A stretch of 42,125 nucleotides of DNA from Basidiobolus meristosporus CBS 931.73 (taxonomy: Eukaryota > Fungi > Basidiobolomycota), in the NCBI GenBank assembly GCA_002104905.1, contig MCFE01000722.1, positions 1-42,125 on the forward strand, read 5' to 3'. A program made the translations under genes and the position numbers. Shown one piece after another: positions 1-11,165 of this stretch (the stretch's first letter is position 1; each line of letters starts with the position of its first letter). The notes beneath the pieces are model-generated. The model had not been told where the DNA came from, made no database searches, and was given only the letters and a program-made list of their open reading frames with translations.

Positions 1-3000
1 ACCACAGAGAACCTGGTTGCTGCAACTATTGTAAAAAGCCAGGACACTGGGCAAGAGAATGCAAGAAGAAACAAGCAGACAAAAAACAGAAACTAGAGCA
101 GGCAAACCATATAACTAGTGATGAACAGTTATTTGTAACCATACAAGAGAGTGCAAGTAACCAAAGTAATGAATGGTATATTGACTCTGGATCATCACAG
201 CATATTTGTGGTATAAAGGAGTGATTCAGCAACGTCAAAACTATTCCCGTAAGAAAAGTTTATCTGGGAGATAACTCTGCTCTGGAAGCTACTGCAAGTG
301 GGTCTATACAACTAAATATGAGCAATAGCTCAGGGGCAACTACAGCAAGACTCACTGACGTACTCTATGTACCTGGAATAGCTAAGAACTTACTCTCAGT
401 CAGTAAAGCAACTGCTCAGGGACTGAAATTTGCTTTTACTAAGATGAGCTGCTCAATATTGAGTGAGAATGGATAAAAATTAGCTTTGGGAATCAGAGAT
501 CACAGTAAATACAAGTTACAATGCAAGATCATTGTATCTGAGTATGTCAACATTGCTGAAACTGATGAAACCAACTGGGAGACGTGGCATAGGAGGCTGG
601 GACACATTGGGGAACAGAAAATGAGCCAATTGGTGAAAAATCAGCTTGTTTTGGGCCTAAAATACTCAATTCCAATCAAATTGAATATTTGTAAGGGATG
701 TTCATATGGCAAACAAGCTAGGCAACGTTTCAAGAGCCCAGAAGGCATCAATACCACCAAAATATTGGCTATTGTACACTCAGACATATGTGGCCCCATG
801 AGAACACTGACCTTTGGAGCCAAGAGATACTTTATGACGTTTATTAATGACAAAACAAGATATATATGGGTGTACTTCCTCAAAACAAAGGTTGAAGCTT
901 TAGAGATGTTTAAGCAATTCAAGAACATGGCTGAAACACAAACTGGGTGTAAATTGAAGGTACTACAAAGTGACAATGGAGGAGAATACTGCTCAAAAGA
1001 GTTTGCAAAGTACTGCTTGTCTATGGGTATACTTCAACAGACCACAGTTCCTCATACTCCACAGCAAAATGGAGTAGCAGAACGTGCAAATAGAACAATA
1101 GTCAAGATGGGAAGATCTATGCTATATGCTAAGGGAATGGACTGCAAGTCCTGGGCTGAATTTGTTGCTACCACAGTATACATCAAGAACAGATGTCCTA
1201 CAACAGCACTGCGTGATTCTACACCCTTTGAAGCATATACAGGCAAAAAACCAGATCTCCAGCACCTCAAGATCTTTGGCAGTGATGTTTTTTATCACAT
1301 CCCTGACAAAAAACGCCCAAAGTTGGAACCAAAGAGTAGGAAAGGGATCTTTCTTGGGTATTGTGAAGATACTAAAGGGTATAGAGTGTATGATGGCAAA
1401 ATTCAGAAGCTGATCAAGAGCAGGGATGTTGTATTTGAGGAGAATTCAGATCAGAAAGCCACAGAAATCATTGGCCAGCTGCCTGATGATGCAATCAACA
1501 CTAATGAAGAAGATACATACCAAATCCAGCCAGATACAGAAGATACTTCTACCAGTTCCAGATCAGAACAGATTATCCCAGTTAGGGGATCTACCAGAAT
1601 AAGAAATGCCCCTGGATCCTGGTGGCAGACATCCAATGATCATGACAAAGCTTATCTTGCCTTATGTGCCAAACCTCAGAATCTGGAACAGGCAATGCAA
1701 AGTCCAGTTGCTACTAAGTGGCAACAAGCCATGCAGGAGGAGTACCAATCACTGATCAAGGCAAAAATGTGGGAACTGGTAGATTTACCAAATGGGAGAA
1801 AGCCAATAGGATGTAGATGGTTCTGCAAGATCAAGATAACCTCAAATGGTGCTGTTGATAAGTACAAGGCTAGATTGGTGGCTAAAGGCTTTTCCCAGAT
1901 ACAGGGACTAGACTTTAAGGAAACATTTGCTCCGGTTGCCAGGTTTAACTCCATTAGGACAGTTCTAGTCCTGGCTGCTGAACACAGTCTAGATCTACAC
2001 CAAATGGATGTCAAAACAGCCTTTCTAAATGGGGATTTGCAAGAAACTATATATATGGAGCAACCAGAGGGCTTTACCAATCCAAAAGTGCCCCATAAGG
2101 TGTGCAACCTTAGAAAATTGCTGTATGGGCTTAAGCAGGCACCTAGAGCATGGTATAACAAGGTTGACACATATCTAGAGGAAATTGGGTTCTCTTGTAG
2201 CACTGCAGATCACAGTATATATGTGAAATAGCTCAAAAAGGGTGTGATCATCCTAGTTCTTTATGTGGACAACCTAATCATAGCTACAAGTGACCAAGAG
2301 GCACTTAAACAGACAAAATCAAATCTTTTCAGCAAGTTTGAGTTGAAAGATCTTGGAAAATTGAGCTATTTTCTTGGAATTAAGGTCAAATTTGACATAC
2401 CTACGCAGGAAATTGTGCTGAATCAGTCTAAGTACATCAGGGACATTTGTAGATGCTTCAAAATGGAAAATTGCAAGCCTGCAGCTACTACTATGGACAA
2501 TAACCTGAAATTAAGCAAATCTCAGCCAGTTATAGATGAAAACGGCTCAAGTATGGACCAAAACTTTCCCTATCAGTCAATGGTTGGTAGCCTAATGTAC
2601 TTGATGGTGTCTACATGTCCAGATATTGCAGTGGTAGTTGAATAGTCAGTCAATTCATGCAGAATTATGGATCAGATCAAGTTGCAGCAGTTATGCGGAT
2701 TTTCAAATCTCTACAAGGTACCATAAATATGGTACTGGAATACTCTGGAGCAGCTAATAGGCTTAAATTTGATGGTTATAATGATCCAGATTGGGGTAGT
2801 GATCTGATTGACAGATGCTCTACCACAGGCTATGTATTTCTTTATGCTGGTGCAGCTATTACTTGGAATTGCAAGAAACAACTAGTTGTGGCCCTATCTA
2901 CAACTGAAGCCAAATATATGGCTGCATGTCAAGCAACTAAGGAGGCTATATGGCTACAAAAATTATTCAACAACTTAGGTTTTAATTCAGATGAACCAAC

Positions 3001-3616
3001 ATGTATTTACAAGGATAATCAAAGTTGTATTTCATTAGCTAGAAATCCTACTAATCATGCCAGAACTAAGCACATTGATATACAGCATCACTTTGTGAGG
3101 GAAGCTGTAGAAAATAACTTAGTAGAGTTAGTGTACTGCCCAACTAACAAAATGGTGGCAGATATATTGACAAAACCACTAGCTAGGCCACAATTTGAGA
3201 ATCTCCAAGAGGAATTAGGATTAAGAAATTATTTAGTTGAGGGGGAGTGTTGAAATATTGGACTATTTGGTATCATTCTGCAGCTAAAAATTTACTTAGC
3301 AGTTCTGGACTAGTCTTGGTCACTGTGGGACTAATTTGCAGCTCTATCTTTGCCACTTTCTTCAGATCTATGATGTTATGATTATTCCCATATAGTCAGG
3401 TTCAAATTAGCACAAATACTAGCTATTATGTACTAACCCTGAAACTGTTACAGAATGCTCCTGAATATTGAGAAACCCTCCTTACTTAGTGTTAGAGCTA
3501 TATTACTTCTACAAAGGTATAAATACTGAGCTTCTTTATTAATGTACAACAGTTCAACTATTATCACTATTTCTTGATAAGTTCCTTATATCCAAATCAC
3601 TTCTTAAATTGCAACA
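1..3616 (+). mobile_element. Ty1/copia LTR retrotransposon, decayed; 5' end lies outside the window
   Basis: Hand translation near base 17 gives a CCHC knuckle (CNYCKKPGHWAREC), followed by the protease motif WYIDSGS. The ORF track shows integrase (HSDICGPM, SDNGGEY, QQNGVAERANRTI), RT (MDVKTAFLNG, LYVDN in place of YVDD) and RNase H (LSTTEAKY, DNQSC, KHIDI). The order PR-IN-RT-RH is copia-type. Several in-frame stops and frame breaks are present. Confidence 0.96.
3248..3616 (+). repeat. 3' LTR of the copia element (369 bp)
   Basis: Starts TGTTG directly after the polypurine tract GAGGGGGAG (3239-3247) and ends CAACA. Contains an internal TATAAA near 3518. Confidence 0.85.
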
Positions 3617-5209
3617 ATTATTGGCAATGGCCTTTGAAAGTCAGAGCCATTGTTGCTCTTCATACTAGATCATTTCCAATCAGATTTTAGAAGGGCTTTA
3701 TTTGGCTGAAGTATTAAACTTGATTTGACTTCACAAACACCTAAAAAAGTGACACCATATCTCATAAACTGCTTCTGTAGCTACTATTGCATTAGTGTGG
3801 CATAACTCAGAGCATGCTTTTATACTCTGGTCCAGTATTATTAGTGGTATACAGTATGCTTGGTTATCAATTAAGACATCTTTTAGCCACACCACATCCT
3901 ACATCAAGTATGCTAAGCCTAGGGCTCTCCCCCAACTTCTGATTGCTGATGCACAGAAAAAAGCCTCCCCCTGCCTTCACTCCTGTATCTACAAATAGGA
4001 TATTATCCATAGGCTTGGCCTACGCACTCTCAGGTGGGCATTACCAACATAGTAAGCATAAGCTTTGTAAGGATTAGAGATCTTGATTGGCAGCTTGCCA
4101 CAGCTAAGAAAGCATACTTAGTATGTGGCCATTGTATCATCCAACCCACAGTCAGACTGTTAGGACAGTAATTTTTATTTTCTGGTAATCTTGGCATTCA
4201 TTTGTTGCTTGGAGCTATTGAGAGAGATCAGCAAAGCACCAATGCTGCTTTGCTCTGTATCATTCCTGCTCCAAAACTATAATAGCCAAAGTTATTACCT
4301 ATCTTTGAAGTGGCAGCAAAGACCAGCAGCAGCCTTTAGCCTGTTGTTACAAACATCTGTACACTGCATCCTTTGGCTTGCTACTGGCTACAAGATCCCA
4401 TAGGGGATTGAAGTGCTATTTGGGTTGGCCTGTATATTTGCTTTTGCAGTGGTTTCTGATATTCATGCATTTCCTACAACACATTAACCAATTGGAAATT
4501 TGACTTCCTATAGCTATATGCAGGGCTTGAAAAATCATGAGAGATTATGATGGTGCATACAACTAGTTGGTAGCCACTGTACCCACAGGTTCATTTTTGC
4601 TCACTTTGATACCTTTCTACTTGAGAGCGATACCATATGCTTGTCTTGCCCATTTAAGTATTCTCCCACTGTTTACATTTTCTAGGATATATGCTTGTTA
4701 TGCATACCAGCCACCGGTGACTTAAACTTTGATACTAATAGGGATGTATGAAGCCATCTATATTCACATCTCTTACCAGGTAGTGTGCGTAAGTAATATA
4801 AAAAGCAAGGAACTGTTACCTGAAAATGGGATCAAGGACGCCAAAAGTTTGTATGAAGTACACACCACTTGGTACAGTTTGCTTTGCAGGAGTCAAAAAA
4901 AGATTTGCTACGATATCAAGTTCAAGTGAATATTTGGCTAGATGCAATGCATATTTGTCCTGGATGCATGAAATTTAGGATGCTGTGGATCGATCTCTAT
5001 CTCCTAAGATGTTAGAGCATTCCTGCATCCTTTTAAGCTCAATATAGGTGGGCTACACTGTATTATTACTCAACCGCCAGACACGCAGTACTTCATGCAT
5101 CAAGATAATTATCCAAGATTATTTTATTAGCATAAAAATGGTTCAATGCTAAAAATATTGGGTATTGGGGAAATAAATAATCGATAGATGTGCTCGTGAA
5201 GGCTGATGA

Positions 5210-6760
5210 TTAGATTCGGATCTGGATGCGGGGGAGGCAGATGATTGCTCTGACTTGGATGCCGAGAGCATCGACACGGGCTCTGATACCGTTGCATGCT
5301 CTTGTGTTACTACCTGAGCCATCGGTGGGATTGGGTCTGGGGGATGATGAGTCGCTCAAGCAGACAAATGCATTGGCGCGAATTCCTCCAGCAACGAGCC
5401 TGGCGGTGATATCGGGGCACCCAGTGGCTGGGGAGTTGCCACCTCCGTTGTTTCCTCCGTTGTTACCTCCATTGTTACCTCCATTATTGCCACCGTTATT
5501 GCCACCATTTCCGCCGCTTAGACAGACACTGGCATTCACCTTGATACCCAATAGGTTAGCATCGGCAACGATATCTGGGCAGCTGTTTCCTCCGGAGAGT
5601 GGGGGAGCGTTGGGTCCATTGTTTCCGCCGCTCAAGCAAATGCTTGCATCAACATTGATACCAAGAAGCTTGACCTTAGCAACGATATCAGGGCAGGTGG
5701 CTCCGTTTCCTCCATTATTGCCGCCGTTGTTTCCACCATTGTTGCCTCCGCTACCACCACCCAAACAGACACTAGCATTAACCTTGATACCCAATAGATT
5801 GGCGTCGGCAACAATATCAGGGCAGCTACTTCCACCTGAGAGTGGTGGGGCGTTGGGTCCGTTGTTTCCTCCGCTCAAGCAAATGCTGGCATCAACATTG
5901 ATACCAAGAAGCTTGACTTTGGCAACGATATCGGGGCAGGTGGCTCCGTTTCCTCCATTATTACCACCATTGTTACCACCGTTGTTACCACCATTATTGC
6001 CGCCGTTTCCGCCACCGCCACCACCACCACCTAAGCAAACGTTGGCGTTCACCTTGATTCCTAGGATATTGGCGTCAGCAACAATATCAGGGCAGCTGCT
6101 GCCACCTGAGAGTGGTGGACTTCCTCCGCCTCCTCCACCACCTCCTCCTCCCAAGCACACGTTAGCATCCACCTTGATGCCGAGGACATTCAATTTGGCC
6201 ACGATGTCGGAGCATGGGTTGCCGCCATTGTTGCCACCATTATTACCTCCGTTATTGCCGCCATTATTTCCACCATTTCCTCCGCCACCACCACCACCTC
6301 CGCCACCGAGACAAACATTGGCGTTGACCTTGATTCCCAGAATATTTGCATCGGCAACGATATCAGGGCAGCTATTACCACCAGAAATGGGGGGATTTCC
6401 GCCGCCGCCGCCGCCACCACCACCAAGACACACATTAGCATCCACTGGAACTCCTAAGACATTCAGCTTCGCGACAATATCATTGCAAGGGCCACTACCA
6501 CCGCCTCCTCCGCCTCCACCATTTCCTCCACCGTTACCACCACCATTGCCTCCGCCGTTGCCTCCTCCATTACCTCCACCATTACCTCCACCGTTGCCAC
6601 CGCCGTTGCCACCACCATTGCCACCACCGTTACCACCCCCACCACCACCGCCGCCGTTTCCTCCGCCATTGTTACCACGATAATGAGGCGGAGCAGCTGA
6701 GGCTAATCCTAGGGAGGAAATAGCCGCAAAGAATATTAAAGCCTTGGACGAGAATTTCAT
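5210..6760 (-). CDS. Secreted Gly/Asn-rich protein with 10 Cys-bracketed 20-aa modules (paralog A, 516 aa)
   Basis: Intronless ORF with ATG and an N-terminal signal-peptide-like segment (MKFSSKALIFFAAISSLGLASA). It has 10 copies of C-x-D-I-V-A-x-x-N-x-L-G-I-x-V-x-A-x-V-C separated by GGN/GGNN linkers. TATAAA on the minus strand near 6880. Confidence 0.9.
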   Translation of the reverse strand: MKFSSKALIFFAAISSLGLASAAPPHYRGNNGGGNGGGGGGGGNGGGNGGGNGGGNGGGNGGGNGGGNGGGNGGGNGGGNGGGGGGGGSGPCNDIVAKLNVLGVPVDANVCLGGGGGGGGGNPPISGGNSCPDIVADANILGIKVNANVCLGGGGGGGGGGNGGNNGGNNGGNNGGNNGGNPCSDIVAKLNVLGIKVDANVCLGGGGGGGGGGSPPLSGGSSCPDIVADANILGIKVNANVCLGGGGGGGGNGGNNGGNNGGNNGGNNGGNGATCPDIVAKVKLLGINVDASICLSGGNNGPNAPPLSGGSSCPDIVADANLLGIKVNASVCLGGGSGGNNGGNNGGNNGGNGATCPDIVAKVKLLGINVDASICLSGGNNGPNAPPLSGGNSCPDIVADANLLGIKVNASVCLSGGNGGNNGGNNGGNNGGNNGGNNGGGNSPATGCPDITARLVAGGIRANAFVCLSDSSSPRPNPTDGSGSNTRACNGIRARVDALGIQVRAIICLPRIQIRI

Positions 6761-7260
6761 ATTATTGTAAGTACAAAGATGATATAAGGGCCTCTATGAT
6801 ATAGAATTAAGTAGAATAATGAAGGCACCAATTGAGATATGCTGGAATGATACTTTTGGGTCAGTTCTTCACGGCATTTATAGAGAGCCACGAACCCCTT
6901 AAGCTCCGGGATCATTCGATGTACACTCTAGGAACACTGCAGATATTAGGATAGACATACTTAAATTTGGCTCGAAATTGCCGCCGCCCCTTTCTTTCCC
7001 TCTGGAGCGCTTTTGATGCTCCTAAGAATGATCACCACGCATGGTCACGTTGGTTCCAATCCATCATGAACGGCACTTAACCTTAAGGAGCTAATGCAGA
7101 TTGGAAGCAATCCCTTGGATGATGCATCGCTCTCACTTCATTCGCATCTCGACAGATATAGGGAGCGGTCTTTTGATATGGTTAGGAGTAATGCAGTTTA
7201 TTCATGATTTTGTTCTTAGTGGCATCACCCAGAAATAATATCGAAGCAATGAAAGCCTAT

Positions 7261-10200
7261 CTAGATGCGAATTTCAATACGTGGGAGGCAGATGATTGCT
7301 CTGACTTGGATGCCGAGAGCATCGACACGGGCTCTGATACCGTTGCATGCTCTTGTGTTGCCACCTGAGCCATCGGTGGGATTGGGTCTGGGGGATGATG
7401 AGTCGCTCAAGCAGACAAATGCATTGGCGCGAATTCCTCCTGCAACGAGCCTGGCGGTGATATCGGGGCACCCAGTGGCTGGGGAGTTGTTACCTCCGTT
7501 GTTTCCTCCATTATTGCCACCGTTATTGCCACCATTTCCGCCGCTTAGACAGACACTGGCATTCACCTTGATACCCAATAGGTTAGCATCGGCAACGATA
7601 TCTGGGCAGCTGCTTCCTCCGGAGAGTGGTGGCGCATTGGGTCCATTGTTTCTTCCACTCAAGCAAATGCTTGCATCAACATTGATACCAAGAAGCTTGA
7701 CCTTAGCAACGATATCAGGGCAAGTGGTTCCGCTTCCTCCATTATTACCACCGTTATTACCCCCATTATTACCACCATTATTGCCACCTCTACCTCCGCC
7801 CAAGCAGATATTGGCATTAACCTTGATACCCAATAGATTGGCGTCGGCAACAACATCAGGGCAGCTACTTCCACCTGATAGTGGTGGAGCGTTAGGTCCA
7901 TTATTTCTTCCACTCAAGCAGACGTTGGCATCGACCTTGATACCAAGAAGATTGACCTTGGCAACAATATCAGGGCAGGTGGTTCCGCTTCCTCCATTAT
8001 TCCCACCATTGTTGCCTCCATTGTTACCGCCGTTATTTCCTCCATTTCCACCACCCAAACAGACGCTTGCATTGATCTTGATGCCTAGCAGATTAGCGTC
8101 GGCAACAATATCGGGGCAGCTACTTCCACCTGATAGTGGTGGAGCATTGGGTCCATTGTTTCTACCGCTCAAGCAGACATTGGCATCGACCTTGACACCA
8201 AGGAGGTTGACCTTGGCAACAATATCAGGGCAGGTGGCCCCATTTCCACCGTTGTTTCCGCCATTATTACCACCGTTATTACCCCCATTGTTTCCTCCAT
8301 TACCACCACCCAAACAGACGCTGGCATTGATCTTGATGCCTAGCAGATTGGCATCAGCAACTATATCTGGGCAACTACTTCCACCGGATAGTGGTGGAGC
8401 GTTGGGTCCATTGTTTCCGCCGCTCAAGCAGACATTGGCATCGACCTTGATACCAAGGAGGTTGACCTTAGCAACGATATCAGGGCAGGTGGCTCCGTTT
8501 CCTCCATTGTTACCGCCATTATTACCTCCGTTTCCGCCACCGCTTCCTCCGCCTAGGCAGACATTAGCGTTGACCTTGATACCCAATAGATTGGCATCAG
8601 CAACTATATCTGGGCAGCTACTTCCACCGGATAGTGGTGGAGCGTTGGGTCCATTGTTTCCGCCGCTCAAGCAGACATTGGCATCGACCTTGATACCAAG
8701 AAGATTGACCTTGGCAACGATATCAGGGCAGGTGGCCCCGTTTCCTCCATTATTACCTCCGTTGTTACCGCCATTATTACCTCCGTTTCCGCCACCGCTT
8801 CCTCCGCCTAGGCAGACATTAGCGTTCACCTTGATACCTAGGATGTTGGCATCAGCAACGATATCTGGGCAGCTACTTCCACCTGAGAGTGGTGGAGCGT
8901 TGGGTCCATTGTTTCCACCACTCAAGCAGACATTGGCATCGGCCTTGATACCAAGAAGATTGACCTTAGCAACAATATCAGGGCAGGTGGCTCCACTTCC
9001 CCCATTATTACCACCATTATTTCCATTGTTGTTGCCGCCATTGTTACCACCGTTACCTCCACCCAAGCAAACACTGGCATTGATCTTGATGCCTAGTAGG
9101 TTGGCATCCGCAATGATATCTGGGCAGCTACTTCCACCCGAGAGCGGTGGGGCGTTGGGTCCGTTGTTTCCTCCGCTCAAGCAAATGCTGGCATCAATAT
9201 TGATACCAAGAAGCTTGACCTTGGCAACGATATCGGGGCAGGTGGCTCCGTTTCCTCCATTATTACCACCATTGTTGCCGCCGTTATTGCCTCCATTGTT
9301 GCCGCCATCTCCGCCACCACTTCCTCCGCCTAAGCAGACATTAGCGTTCACCTTGATTCCTAGGATGTTGGCATCAGCAACAATGTCAGGGCAACTACTT
9401 CCCCCAGAGAGTGGTGGGTTTCCGTTGTTTCCTCCGTTTCCTCCGCCATTACTACCACCACCTCCTCCTCCTAAGCATACGTTAGCATCCACCTTGATGC
9501 CGAGGACATTCAATTTGGCCACGATGTCGGGGCATGGATTGCCACCATTATTACCACCATTATTTCCGCCGTTATTGCCGCCATTGTTGCCACCGTTGTT
9601 GCCGCCATTGTTGCCACCGTTGTTACCGCCATTGTTGCCACCGTTGTTACCGCCATTGTTGCCACCGTTGTTACCGCCACCGAGACAAACATTGGCGTTG
9701 ACCTTGATTCCCAAAATATTGGCGTCAGCCACAACATCAGGGCAGCTATTACCTCCCGAGGTCGGCGGTGTGACTCCACCAGGGTTGCCACCCCCGCCAC
9801 CACCAAGACAAACATTAGCATCGACTGGAACTCCCAGGACATTCAGCTTTGCGACAATGTCATTGCATGAACCTCCTCCGCCATTCCCCCCATTACCACC
9901 ACCATTTCCTCCGTTGCCACCACCGTTGCCTCCATTACCGCCGCCATTTCCTCCGTTGCCACCGCCGTTGCCACCATTACCGCCGCCATTTCCTCCGTTG
10001 CCACTGCCGTTGCCTCCATTGCCGCCGCCATTTCCTCCGTTGCCACCGCCGTTGCCTCCATTGCCGCCGCCGTTTCCGCCGGTACATATCTTGGCATCCA
10101 CCCGGATATCCAGGGTTTTGGCGGCGGCCACCAGGTCGGGGCAGCTCATGCCCCCGGGATTCTTCCCGTCGGAACCGCCCGGTTTGCCGGCGCAAACTTT

Positions 10201-10356
10201 CGCATCGATGTGGGCGCCGTATGTGTTGAGCTTGGCGACGATCCCACGACAGTGGTCATGGTCGGATTTCACCTTGTAGCGGGGCAAGGCGGTCGAAGTC
10301 CCGGCCAGGGAAGCGATCACGGAGAATAGAAGGATGGCTCTGGTGGGAAGTCTCAT
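7261..10356 (-). CDS. Secreted Gly/Asn-rich protein with 22 Cys-bracketed modules (paralog B, 1031 aa)
   Basis: Intronless ORF with a signal-peptide-like N-terminus (MRLPTRAILLFSVIASLAGTSTA) and 22 modules counted by hand. The 3' coding end is nearly identical to paralog A. Confidence 0.9.
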   Translation of the reverse strand: MRLPTRAILLFSVIASLAGTSTALPRYKVKSDHDHCRGIVAKLNTYGAHIDAKVCAGKPGGSDGKNPGGMSCPDLVAAAKTLDIRVDAKICTGGNGGGNGGNGGGNGGNGGGNGGNGSGNGGNGGGNGGNGGGNGGNGGGNGGNGGGNGGNGGGNGGNGGGGSCNDIVAKLNVLGVPVDANVCLGGGGGGNPGGVTPPTSGGNSCPDVVADANILGIKVNANVCLGGGNNGGNNGGNNGGNNGGNNGGNNGGNNGGNNGGNNGGNNGGNNGGNPCPDIVAKLNVLGIKVDANVCLGGGGGGSNGGGNGGNNGNPPLSGGSSCPDIVADANILGIKVNANVCLGGGSGGGDGGNNGGNNGGNNGGNNGGNGATCPDIVAKVKLLGINIDASICLSGGNNGPNAPPLSGGSSCPDIIADANLLGIKINASVCLGGGNGGNNGGNNNGNNGGNNGGSGATCPDIVAKVNLLGIKADANVCLSGGNNGPNAPPLSGGSSCPDIVADANILGIKVNANVCLGGGSGGGNGGNNGGNNGGNNGGNGATCPDIVAKVNLLGIKVDANVCLSGGNNGPNAPPLSGGSSCPDIVADANLLGIKVNANVCLGGGSGGGNGGNNGGNNGGNGATCPDIVAKVNLLGIKVDANVCLSGGNNGPNAPPLSGGSSCPDIVADANLLGIKINASVCLGGGNGGNNGGNNGGNNGGNNGGNGATCPDIVAKVNLLGVKVDANVCLSGRNNGPNAPPLSGGSSCPDIVADANLLGIKINASVCLGGGNGGNNGGNNGGNNGGNNGGSGTTCPDIVAKVNLLGIKVDANVCLSGRNNGPNAPPLSGGSSCPDVVADANLLGIKVNANICLGGGRGGNNGGNNGGNNGGNNGGSGTTCPDIVAKVKLLGINVDASICLSGRNNGPNAPPLSGGSSCPDIVADANLLGIKVNASVCLSGGNGGNNGGNNGGNNGGNNSPATGCPDITARLVAGGIRANAFVCLSDSSSPRPNPTDGSGGNTRACNGIRARVDALGIQVRAIICLPRIEIRI

Positions 10357-11165
10357 GGTTCAGCGGCCGAAAAATCTCGTTGTCTGGTTGGGAGGATGGG
10401 TGGATATTAGATGGAATAGAATAGGATTGGATTGGAGTGAATTGGATTGAATTGAATTGAATGATAGAATGAATGAATATGAGAACTTGAAATGGAGATC
10501 GGGAGGTCGCTCGAAACGAATCGAGTCGAGTTGTATGAACTGATTGATTGAGTTGATCTCGTTGGGTGGGAAGGTATTTATGGAGATGGGATGGCTCAGG
10601 GGATACCACCCGGTGGCTCCATACTGCCTTTGGCTAGTTCGTGGTGCTCATGCAGACTGCATGGTCATCCATATATGGCAATCCAGGGAATCTCCCTACC
10701 GCCACCAACCTTGTTTCCCCTTGGGATCGGGTTGCCATTACGATCGCTTGTGTCACTAATGAATGCACGTGTCCCCTGAATTTAGCGCATGGATTTAGCA
10801 ATGCCACACTTTATGCTGGATGCAAGCGATCCCTCGTAGAATTTAGGGATCCGCTCGATCGGCAGGGAAACTAATGCGGTCTCGTTGGCAACATTAGCGC
10901 TGGGAATACATTGGGTGGAAGGGGAGAGGAGAGGAAAGGAGAGGAAAGGAAAGGAAAAATTGGATCCCCTCCGTGGAGACGGTCGAAAGTAATCAGATGC
11001 GGGACGGTAATTGGTCTCAATGGGAATTAATCGTTCCCAGATTTGGATTTATTGAAATGGCAGTTGGGTAGAAATTGTATACGTGAGTGAATGGATTGCT
11101 GCTAACTTATGTAAAAGGTTCATTTGATCATGATGGGAGGAGGGGGGAGTGGATAGTCTTGGGGA

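Noticed and set aside
3891-3911. ILDVGCG (SAM-methyltransferase motif I-like) on the minus strand
   Set aside because: It is an isolated 7-residue match in a short, stop-bounded frame within CpG-depleted DNA, with no other methyltransferase motifs. It could be a pseudogene trace but cannot be supported.
7265-10279. 1004-aa Pro/Leu-rich antisense ORF (also 5226-6683 and the Pro-rich + strand ORFs over 15372-16279)
   Set aside because: In this antisense register a stop can arise only from sense Tyr, His or Gln codons, which are almost absent from the repeats. The open frame is therefore an automatic by-product. The sense strand has the signal peptide and the conserved Cys modules.
10400-10550. 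Pentamer-like (GAATT/GGATT/GAGTC) run upstream of paralog B
   Set aside because: It is a low-complexity UTR/promoter microsatellite without unique spacers. It is not a CRISPR array, and no function is supportable.
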